A DNA stretch of 64,000 nt, from IMG/VR virus record IMGVR_UViG_3300007513_001104; one strand, 5' to 3'. Below are positions 45,858-53,660 of this stretch, one piece after another. The notes under the pieces were generated by a model, which was not told where the DNA came from, did not search any database, and was given only the letters and a program-made list of their open reading frames with translations. Made by a program: the position numbers and the translations under genes. This DNA comes from a virus. Every line of letters begins with the position of its first letter. Position 1 is the stretch's first letter.

Positions 45858-47115
45858 AATGAATGACTTTTAATTTGTCATTTTTATATTCTCTCCAGGG
45901 ATCAACTACAATGGCATCTATATTTAGTTTACAATATAGTTCTGGATGAGCTAATAGGACGACAGCACTATGTGGTCCTTGGAAGAACCTATGATCCATT
46001 GCTAAAGGATCTACTTCTATTACTTCATGTCCTAATTCTTTAACATAATGACCTACCAACAATGAATAGCTTCCTGCTGTGTAACCAACTCCTGGTTTGT
46101 ATGATATTCCGTTAAGTAGTATAGGTAATCCTGCTTGCTCTGCTTCACTAACTAAAAACTTGGCTAAATTCTTAGCTTGTATCTCACGAGCATTCATAAT
46201 AGCATCAAAGATGTCATATTCTAATCCTAAGTTCTGTGCCATGTAACGTAGAGCTATATTATCCCTTGGGTGACATGCTCCACCATCTCCCATGCCGGCC
46301 TTCATGTATGCTTTGCTTACAATACGTTGTCTGCTACTAGCTAATGCGTTTGTAACAACATCTACATTAATGTTACCTTGTTTCTCAGCAACATCTTGTA
46401 TCATATTAACTAAACCTATTTTCATACTGATAAATGTATTGTAAAATACTTTAATACATTCACATTCGTCCCAAGTGCCTATATGATATTCAGGATTGTT
46501 TTCCATAATAGTATGATAGAACTCAACTAACTGATTAGCATCTGCTGTTCTCTCGCCGTCTTGTGTACCTATCATTACCATATCAGGATTAACCATATCC
46601 CAGCCTACTGTGCCCATGGCAATTAAATAAGGGTTATATACGAACCTTGTATTAGTTACTAAAGGAATAAACTCTCGTCTAACTGTACCTGGCAATACTG
46701 TGCTTATTAACACGAGTAGTTGGCTATCGTCCATGTACTTATTTGCTTCTGTTAATACTTCTTGAACTATTTTATAGTCAAAGTCTTTAGGTTCTAAGTG
46801 AGCTGTAGGAGCTTTACCATCGTAAGCAGGATCGTGAGGTGTGGGTACTGCTACAAAGACTATTTCTCTGTCTGCAACACATTCTGCTATGGTATCTTTT
46901 TGTATAACGTTTTGTGTAAGAACTTTAACAACATCATAACCTGTAACGTCATGTTTCTTTGCTATTACCTCAGCACAAGGAAGGCCTAGTTTGCCTAGTC
47001 CTATAAATCCTATTTTACTTGATTGGGTTTGTAGGAGTTGATCTATATCTCCAAATGTTTCTAGTTTGCTTGACGGTGTGATTGTTATCGCCTCGGCTCC
47101 ACTATACGACTTCAT
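45823..47115 (-). CDS. ugd: UDP-glucose/GDP-mannose dehydrogenase family protein
   Basis: GFIGLGKLG, VAVPTP, STVLPGT, YNP, K.FYN, GGACHPRD, YKP. Confidence 0.9.
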   Translation of the reverse strand: MKSYSGAEAITITPSSKLETFGDIDQLLQTQSSKIGFIGLGKLGLPCAEVIAKKHDVTGYDVVKVLTQNVIQKDTIAECVADREIVFVAVPTPHDPAYDGKAPTAHLEPKDFDYKIVQEVLTEANKYMDDSQLLVLISTVLPGTVRREFIPLVTNTRFVYNPYLIAMGTVGWDMVNPDMVMIGTQDGERTADANQLVEFYHTIMENNPEYHIGTWDECECIKVFYNTFISMKIGLVNMIQDVAEKQGNINVDVVTNALASSRQRIVSKAYMKAGMGDGGACHPRDNIALRYMAQNLGLEYDIFDAIMNAREIQAKNLAKFLVSEAEQAGLPILLNGISYKPGVGYTAGSYSLLVGHYVKELGHEVIEVDPLAMDHRFFQGPHSAVVLLAHPELYCKLNIDAIVVDPWREYKNDKLKVIHYGNTRQNIANH

Positions 47116-47851
47116 AATCTCTCTCTATATCTTCTTCACTCATTTGCTCTCCATACTGTATTTCAATAATGTGGCAAGGTTTGCTACTGTTATTTGTTAT
47201 TTGGTGCCACTCTTCAGCTCGCACCGTAAATACATCATCCTCTTTTAGGACTCTTAATGTATATCTATATTTATCAGTTTTAGCATGCTTCACCATGCAT
47301 TTTCCTTTACTTATAAACCAAATTTCGGATCTTTTAAAATGTCTTTGATAACTAATCTCTTCTCCTGGTGCAATTATAAGTTCTTTCACTTTAACCTTAC
47401 CATCTCGGAAGATAACTCTATAAGAACCCCAACGTTTTTTGGTTATTTGTAATATCTTAGAACTGCTGTTTTCTTTCTGATATCCACCTACACCATACAC
47501 GAAGTTAATGCCTTTTACAAAGACTTCAGGGATATTATCACCTAAACGATCACCACCATTACAAAATATAATGGTATCGTCTTTATTAAACTTGAGTAGG
47601 TAATTTAGGCCAGCTATGGCTGAATTGTCTTTATCATCAAATGATTGTACTTCATCTACAAATTCAAGTGCTTTTAGTATAGCTGCTCTTTCACTGAATG
47701 GCATAAAAGGACTGCCTTTCTTACGTTTTAACCATTCATCGCTATTAAGGAGAACAACGAGTTTGTCTCCCATTTCACTTGCTTCTTTTAGTAGTCGTAA
47801 ATGTCCTGAATGTAAGGGATCGAAGCCACCGCTTACTACGGCTATCTTCAT
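47102..47851 (-). CDS. HxGH nucleotidyltransferase fused to a mannose-6-phosphate isomerase type II cupin
   Basis: GGFDPLHSGH, NGGDR, NSSS; then WGSY, VKEL, SYQRHFKRSE.W, WHQ, IEIQYG..EEDIER. Confidence 0.85.
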   Translation of the reverse strand: MKIAVVSGGFDPLHSGHLRLLKEASEMGDKLVVLLNSDEWLKRKKGSPFMPFSERAAILKALEFVDEVQSFDDKDNSAIAGLNYLLKFNKDDTIIFCNGGDRLGDNIPEVFVKGINFVYGVGGYQKENSSSKILQITKKRWGSYRVIFRDGKVKVKELIIAPGEEISYQRHFKRSEIWFISKGKCMVKHAKTDKYRYTLRVLKEDDVFTVRAEEWHQITNNSSKPCHIIEIQYGEQMSEEDIERDYEVV

Positions 47852-48114
47852 TTCTTCTTAGGTGGAAAGTAACCGTTATGCCAATGCTTAGGTTCTACCA
47901 ATCTCTGACCCGGTTCTCCATCCTCTTCCCAACCGTTAAGTAGATCACCCTGGAAGCCCTTAGGTTCATCATCCTTTCCCATAGCGTCTATAAGCATAGC
48001 TCTATAAGTTCCAGGAAAACCATAAGACGATATCTCATCAGGTTTAATCTTTTCTTTTACGTTCTTGGTTTTAGGACGACGAAGTTTACGCAGTAAGTTA
48101 GTTAAGAAAGCCAT
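47848..48114 (-). CDS. hypothetical protein
   Basis: ORF in coupled minus-strand series; start uncertain. Confidence 0.5.
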   Translation of the reverse strand: MAFLTNLLRKLRRPKTKNVKEKIKPDEISSYGFPGTYRAMLIDAMGKDDEPKGFQGDLLNGWEEDGEPGQRLVEPKHWHNGYFPPKKK

Positions 48115-48241
48115 ATATACCACACCATATATTAAGTATCGTCCATTCAAGGGGCACATAAAGTATCGGAACGAGGACGAGGCCTACCAATACGATCAAC
48201 AACCGATTATAATTATCACCTTCACTAAGCCAATTTCTCAT
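48098..48241 (-). CDS. small membrane protein
   Basis: MRNWLSE...LLIVLVGLVLVPILYV; start uncertain. Confidence 0.45.
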   Translation of the reverse strand: MRNWLSEGDNYNRLLIVLVGLVLVPILYVPLEWTILNIWCGIYGFLN

Positions 48242-48242
48242 T

Positions 48243-48506
48243 TCACACACTTCTCCTATATTCAAGCTCTTTAGCATACCGCCACATATTATAATCTTCT
48301 TCAAAGCCCTCGAAATGCCTATCTATGCTAGGATAGGGGTTATATATCGGAGGATATTCGCCAGGTACTGGCTCGGGATATGTGGGTGGATACTTTATTA
48401 ATAAAAACAGAATTCCGGATAAAAATGAAATCCCTAAAATAACGATACCAATGTTAGATAATTTTCTAAGTAGTTCTTTCACTATAATCTGATGTCCTAT
48501 TGTCAT
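48243..48506 (-). CDS. membrane protein with Pro-rich segment
   Basis: TM followed by YPPTYPEPVPGEYPP. Confidence 0.5.
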   Translation of the reverse strand: MTIGHQIIVKELLRKLSNIGIVILGISFLSGILFLLIKYPPTYPEPVPGEYPPIYNPYPSIDRHFEGFEEDYNMWRYAKELEYRRSV

Positions 48507-48511
48507 GTTAT

Positions 48512-48631
48512 TTATATAATAACGTAAAAGATTAACCATGGGATAATAACAAATATTGTGAGTAATATTACCAAAGTTCCAAGGGTAATCTGTTCTTCTT
48601 GTAGTATTTCTTTAAAACGACGTATCAACAT
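48512..48631 (-). CDS. small membrane peptide (39 aa)
   Basis: MLIRRFKEILQEEQITLGTLVILLTIFVIIPWLIFYVII fills the gap between neighbours. Confidence 0.45.
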   Translation of the reverse strand: MLIRRFKEILQEEQITLGTLVILLTIFVIIPWLIFYVII

Positions 48632-48881
48632 GTGGTTTTCCTATATTATAATCAAAAGGCTTACTAATATTCATAAACGTAGGTCTTTTGTCTTTGCCAA
48701 CCCATGTAAACCATTTACACATCATGGCAGGAGTAGGATTGTCATAATAATTTAATATAGCTTTCTCATCTCCCAATACACCATTCATGCAATAAAGCTC
48801 TATTTCTTCTACATTAGAGGCAGCAATATACTCAATGGTTCCATTTATGTCCTTACACGAGGCAAATATTATGTTATTCAT
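48612..48881 (-). CDS. hypothetical protein (probably leaderless)
   Basis: ATG 6 nt after TATAAT. Confidence 0.6.
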   Translation of the reverse strand: MNNIIFASCKDINGTIEYIAASNVEEIELYCMNGVLGDEKAILNYYDNPTPAMMCKWFTWVGKDKRPTFMNISKPFDYNIGKPHVDTSF

Positions 48882-48887
48882 GCTACT

Positions 48888-48916
48888 ATTATACGGTACG
48901 AACGACCATAATACAA
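48888..48916 (-). promoter_or_regulatory. sigma70-like promoter TTGTAT-17-TATAAT
   Basis: 17 bp spacer; spacer motif shared with other promoters. Confidence 0.7.
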
Positions 48917-49402
48917 GAGGCCTCTATACCAAAAGACACGAAAAGGGTTAAAGGTTTTTTGGTACCGGAATTTCGCCTTTTTCATACTAGCGCGTTTTCT
49001 CTAGTTTTTGGCAAGATTTCTACCACCCTTTTTTGAACACTTTTTTTGGCGCAAAAAATTTAAAAGAAAAAGAGATGTGGCCTATATACCCTTATACGCT
49101 GGACCAGAATATACGATTTTCATAGCTCACCTGAGGGTTCTTAGGCCTGATGCTAGGGTATGGCTCTCTGTACGCGCTAGCCCCTCTGCGTACGCGCGTG
49201 ACTGCTCTATCTCTATACTCGTGGTCTCTGTCTCTATTAGAGCTGGATTAGGTCTTATCGGGGCGGGCGGGTCAGGCCTGCTGGGGCGGAATCAGGGTGG
49301 AGGGTCTTAGAGGGGCTTAACTGCTTTTGGTGGTCTTAGTGCTTGACACGTCACTCATGGCTATCAGAGGCTCTTTTCTAGGGTCTCTGAGTGCTTCTTA
49401 GT
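48917..49402. other. non-coding island, GC-rich with G-tracts (candidate origin or regulatory locus)
   Basis: No credible ORF; 104/180 G+C at 49141-49320 by hand count; seven G3-4 runs at 49260-49315. Confidence 0.55.
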
Positions 49403-49654
49403 TTAGTACGGACAGTCAGGCCATTCTTCAAACCTCTTGGTGCCTACTTTGTCAAGCAGTTCATCATGGGTGAATATGTCATAGCCTGTGTACAAAATCT
49501 CTTGTCCTACGCTAGGTTCTGGAGTATCTGCAAATGCTTTAAGGCCTAAAGCGTCTATGGGCAGGTCTAATTCCTTCGCTAGTTCAGTAGTGGTGAGATT
49601 GCATATGTCATCGCCTATTTGATCTAAGATCATGTCATTAACTGGGTGGCTCAT
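49403..49654 (-). CDS. hypothetical acidic early protein
   Basis: AGAGGA SD, upstream sigma70 promoter. Confidence 0.7.
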   Translation of the reverse strand: MSHPVNDMILDQIGDDICNLTTTELAKELDLPIDALGLKAFADTPEPSVGQEILYTGYDIFTHDELLDKVGTKRFEEWPDCPY

Positions 49655-49692
49655 GCTGTTATTCCTCTATTGTTTCTATTATTCATACTACT

Positions 49693-49721
49693 ATTATGGC
49701 ATCTTTGGAACCATTTGTCAA
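49693..49721 (-). promoter_or_regulatory. sigma70-like early promoter TTGACA-17-CATAAT
   Basis: Consensus -35, 17 bp spacer, TG before the -10. Confidence 0.8.
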
Positions 49722-49916
49722 GAGATTTATGACACGAACGACATATAGAGCACCTAGCATCTCTTAGCACCTCTGCCCTCGCCATCGCCTGGCGCCCTGA
49801 TCTGGTGGCCTCTGGGCTTGACTTTTGGTTCCGGCCTGGTTACATCTACGCTCTTAGGTATTACTCTCAAAACAGCTATTCAAGTATAGGATTACACACA
49901 ATTACACACTCTGACC

Positions 49917-50204
49917 CTAAATTAGATGCCAAATAAGTGCAAATGTGAGATAAATCCCTGCGCAAGTCCACAGAGGGTACCTATATATGCTATCTTTGAG
50001 TATTAATCCTACTATAAACGCAGCTAAAACGACTGAAATGTCGAATAGGAACATACCAAATTGGGCTATATACACACCAAACACCTCTGCGCTGTTGTTA
50101 TAGACTAGCTCTTTCGCCACTAATTCGTCACTAAACTGTTTCGGATATGCTGTAATTAAATGGAGTTGTTGAACAGGCTGCTGTGGATCGTTTCTCCGCC
50201 TCAC
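49917..50204 (-). CDS. membrane protein (start uncertain)
   Basis: Two hydrophobic helices in C-terminal half. Confidence 0.4.
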   Translation of the reverse strand: MRRRNDPQQPVQQLHLITAYPKQFSDELVAKELVYNNSAEVFGVYIAQFGMFLFDISVVLAAFIVGLILKDSIYRYPLWTCAGIYLTFALIWHLI

Positions 50205-50373
50205 TGATGTATGGATGTGTTACACAAACTACATCTGTTGGCCTGATTGTTCTTACTACCGTTTGTTTAGATCGTTGTAATATCTCTACTACCAGATTAC
50301 TCTCGTTTAGGAGATCTATCAGCTTATCATAATTCTTACTGTCTATCTCTACTGTTACTAGCTCGTTGGCCAT
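50131..50373 (-). CDS. hypothetical protein
   Basis: GAGG SD, 80 aa. Confidence 0.55.
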   Translation of the reverse strand: MANELVTVEIDSKNYDKLIDLLNESNLVVEILQRSKQTVVRTIRPTDVVCVTHPYISEAEKRSTAACSTTPFNYSISETV

Positions 50374-50389
50374 TGGTTTTTGCCTCTCT

Positions 50390-50596
50390 CTAAGGGTTTA
50401 GGATACCTAGTACATAGTTCTCTGCTACGTCTTCTGCGTATCGTTCTGCATGTTTATATACATCTACACGCTTAACTAGGTCTTTATTCTCATAGCATTT
50501 GACGTAAAATCCCTCAGCATTCTTCAGCACTATTGCTTTCCTGCTTGAGTATTCGTCAGATCCATGAAATCTGTGATGTTCTTTATTCATATTCAT
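50390..50596 (-). CDS. hypothetical phage protein
   Basis: ERYAEDVAENYVLG tail; GGAG SD. Confidence 0.65.
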   Translation of the reverse strand: MNMNKEHHRFHGSDEYSSRKAIVLKNAEGFYVKCYENKDLVKRVDVYKHAERYAEDVAENYVLGILNP

Positions 50597-50690
50597 CCGC
50601 GTACTCCGTACTTCTTTTAGTTATACTCTGTGCGTTAGAGTAATGGTCTAATAGTTTCTATATTTATTTATCCTATGCGTTTGTAATCTG

Positions 50691-50870
50691 TTAAGTGGTT
50701 TTCTTGGCGTCTTCTGCTGCTTGGCCTTGAGTTAAATTTACTAGAGCTGCTCGTTGTTTGCCCTTTCGTGTATATTTAGTTCTATCCCTATGTGTCCTGG
50801 GCTTATGCAGTTGATCCATTGCCTTCTTAACAGGCGATCTCTTCTTTATTGTCTTAGAACGTTTTTTCAT
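50691..50870 (-). CDS. small basic protein (59 aa)
   Basis: MKKRSKTIKKRSPVKKAMDQLHKPRTHRDRTKYTRKGKQR...; not in ORF track. Confidence 0.55.
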   Translation of the reverse strand: MKKRSKTIKKRSPVKKAMDQLHKPRTHRDRTKYTRKGKQRAALVNLTQGQAAEDAKKTT

Positions 50871-52881
50871 AACCTAACCTAAATCGTATGTCGTTGTTAT
50901 TGTGCTTATAATTAAGGCCGTTAAACCCTATCTTATTACTTCCTACTGACGTGTAACTAGACACACCAGCATAGAATCCTTTGTGATGTACGTCTACAAA
51001 GAACTCCATGTCTTGTAAATGAAAAGGATCTACTGTGACATTATATCTGCTGCCTAATTCCGTAAATCCATCCACCTCTGTTAAATAGTATGCTAGGCCA
51101 AAGCGCATTTTGTTCCACAGGTGCTCAGCATATACTTGCCACGTTTCCATGTGTATAGTTGCTTGTCCTGTGCCAAAATATACCGTTTGATTGTGCGCTT
51201 TTCTATTGTTTCGAGCATACCCAACACCCAGATGAGTATTCCCTAATTCAATATCAAACCCTAGCATACCGTTGTTCGTTATAATTAAATCGTTATTGCC
51301 GTCTAACTGTGCATATCTGAGATTGTTAAATAACAGCTTGTTCATTGATGCAAACTCTGCATAGCCTGATGGTTTCGTTAATATGTCTTTCGCCATTTGT
51401 GCTGGCGGATCTAATACCTGATAAAATGTATTGATAGACGTGTCGCCGTCATATACCTGATGTCTACCTATAAAATCGTAGAAGTATTTGCCGTCTATCT
51501 CGACAGGGTAGAACGTTCTTTCACTACCTACTCCTGGAAAATCACTGTATATCTCATACTCGTTATCAGTATTGATTAGTACATAGGTGCCGTCAACGAC
51601 ATCTACAATATCAGTATCACCGTCGTGATCGAAATCTAATAGCATCATCTCGCCGTCGCCATGGCCTGATTCAAATGTCTTTGCCTCTGTAAATGTGCCG
51701 TCTCCCATATTTTGAAAGAACTGTATAGCTCTACCATCATAATAGGGCTCGTGTGTTGTGCTTGCTAGCAGTATATCTAAATAGCCGTCGCCGTTGAAAT
51801 CAAATACTTCCATGTCGTTAGCATTGCCATTAGTGCCAAAATAGTTAGGAGGAAGGTCAACTCTAAAATCTCTCCAGTCGTTGTTGCCGTTGTTATAAAA
51901 TACAGCTCCTGCGCTATCTATAGGATTAAACCATCCTACTGCTACATCTCCATGGCCGTCGTTGTTAAAATCTCCTATTGCTGCTGTTGTTGCCCACAAG
52001 CTAGGCTCATAATTGAAATTGTGGTTAGGTGTAAATACTCCATGGCCGTCGTTAAACATCATCGTCCAGCCCACACTCTCGTCTGTGTATATGCCAAATA
52101 TATCTAAATCGCCATCGTTATCTACATCACCAGCATAATTGTCGTGTGTCCAAGCGCCTGATAAGTCTCCTGGTTGTTCGTGATATTGTGTAAATTGGAA
52201 TTCAGGTAATTGGAAACTCTTGTTCTCATGGCCGTTGTCACCACTAAGATATAGTATAGATGTCTTATAAAAATCGTCTATGCCGTCGCCGTTAAAATCT
52301 GCTACTATAGGTCGTTGCAAATGAGATACAAAACCACATGTATGATAAGGATCTGTCTTATAATCTAAATCACCATAGCCTATACACCCCATCTTCTCAG
52401 GTGTAAAAGATCCATTACCGTCGTTATAAAAGGCCCACAAATAGCTGTTGGGTTGATCATCTCTAGAGCCTTCCCATCTCTCTTCGTAAAAGAAGTCTTC
52501 CCACCCGTCGCCATTTAAGTCTGCTTTAATTATTTGTCCATCCTGATCCCAGGGCTGTGATGGTAAATACTCATCATCGTTCCTGTGTTGTCCGTCGTGC
52601 AAACCTTCTGCTGTTATTTGAAAGAAACCATAATCCTCTATCTTATATTTGTCTGTTCTATCAAAATTCTCAGGTGGTTGATACTCTCCTCTACTGTATA
52701 TTACTGTCGTTTCCACGCCTTCTAAATCGTAGACATGCTTTTCTTCTATTGGTGCAGGTGATACAGCTGATACCACTACCACACCACTATAAGGCATAGA
52801 GGGCTGTGACATCTCACTTGTTGACTTGCATCCGTATATAAAGAATCCACAAATAACTATCAGTATAAATTTAAACTGCAT
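50854..52881 (-). CDS. lipoprotein with FG-GAP/VCBS repeats and beta-barrel-like C-terminus
   Basis: FFIYG-C lipobox; six D[FLV]x[GN]DGxxD repeats; alternating beta strands ending RLGYEKTF. Confidence 0.8.
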   Translation of the reverse strand: MQFKFILIVICGFFIYGCKSTSEMSQPSMPYSGVVVVSAVSPAPIEEKHVYDLEGVETTVIYSRGEYQPPENFDRTDKYKIEDYGFFQITAEGLHDGQHRNDDEYLPSQPWDQDGQIIKADLNGDGWEDFFYEERWEGSRDDQPNSYLWAFYNDGNGSFTPEKMGCIGYGDLDYKTDPYHTCGFVSHLQRPIVADFNGDGIDDFYKTSILYLSGDNGHENKSFQLPEFQFTQYHEQPGDLSGAWTHDNYAGDVDNDGDLDIFGIYTDESVGWTMMFNDGHGVFTPNHNFNYEPSLWATTAAIGDFNNDGHGDVAVGWFNPIDSAGAVFYNNGNNDWRDFRVDLPPNYFGTNGNANDMEVFDFNGDGYLDILLASTTHEPYYDGRAIQFFQNMGDGTFTEAKTFESGHGDGEMMLLDFDHDGDTDIVDVVDGTYVLINTDNEYEIYSDFPGVGSERTFYPVEIDGKYFYDFIGRHQVYDGDTSINTFYQVLDPPAQMAKDILTKPSGYAEFASMNKLLFNNLRYAQLDGNNDLIITNNGMLGFDIELGNTHLGVGYARNNRKAHNQTVYFGTGQATIHMETWQVYAEHLWNKMRFGLAYYLTEVDGFTELGSRYNVTVDPFHLQDMEFFVDVHHKGFYAGVSSYTSVGSNKIGFNGLNYKHNNNDIRFRLGYEKTF

Positions 52882-53434
52882 CTAATTGGCCTCTCATAAT
52901 TAAATCTCTCCATTGAGGAATTGTTAGTTCCATCTTGTTCTCTCTAATATATTCGTATGCTGTTATCTCATCTGTAATATCAAACATCTGTCCTGCTGCC
53001 ATTGCTGGTGGCGGTGGTGGTTGATAGTCAAGCAAATAACCAGATATCTTTTCAAATGGTATATAAAAATCAAAGTCTGCCTTATAAACTGTCATCAAAT
53101 GTGGCTGCAAATGTGTGCTATAAAACATATTATCTCTCTTTTGATTTATGCTGTGTAAGCTCATGCCATGTAAATATGCTGCGTGTTTGTGCTGTTCCAT
53201 AGGATCTCTCAATACCAACACATGTTCCTTCTTTTCAAATTGATTTGTTAGCGCTCGCCAGTGGAATGGTTTGATAAAGGCCATCGTTGTCCGTGTACCT
53301 ACATTTACAAAGAAATTCTCAAAACACTGAACACCAATAGGTCCGTGCATGTATATCGTCAGGTTTGCTGTCTCTAAATATGTGTTTAGGACTTCTTGAT
53401 CGTTATATCTCTCAGGCGCTGTCGTCATCCTCAA
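52871..53434 (-). CDS. hypothetical protein (weakly sulfotransferase-like)
   Basis: VLRDP, HLQP, DFYIPFE. Confidence 0.4.
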   Translation of the reverse strand: MRMTTAPERYNDQEVLNTYLETANLTIYMHGPIGVQCFENFFVNVGTRTTMAFIKPFHWRALTNQFEKKEHVLVLRDPMEQHKHAAYLHGMSLHSINQKRDNMFYSTHLQPHLMTVYKADFDFYIPFEKISGYLLDYQPPPPPAMAAGQMFDITDEITAYEYIRENKMELTIPQWRDLIMRGQLDAV

Positions 53435-53660
53435 GGTCCTTTGTCAATGCGTCTAATACCAATTTATCATACGTCAATGGATCTAAAAAGTGTATATTCT
53501 TTCCGTGAAAGTGTATAAGAACTCTGCCGTTATGTTTTTTAGACAGTTTCTTGCAATGCTCTATATACCTATCAATACCTTCTCTTATGCCTATTTTGTA
53601 TGCTCTCCATGACATACCTATAGCACATATTCCTAATATAATTAAATGTCCTTCATTCAT
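53412..53660 (-). CDS. small membrane-anchored protein
   Basis: N-terminal TM, GIREG. Confidence 0.55.
   Translation of the reverse strand: MNEGHLIILGICAIGMSWRAYKIGIREGIDRYIEHCKKLSKKHNGRVLIHFHGKNIHFLDPLTYDKLVLDALTKDLEDDDSA

Noticed and set aside
49008-49310. 100 aa plus-strand ORF
   Set aside because: TTG start without SD, atypical composition, lies in the low-complexity GC-rich island
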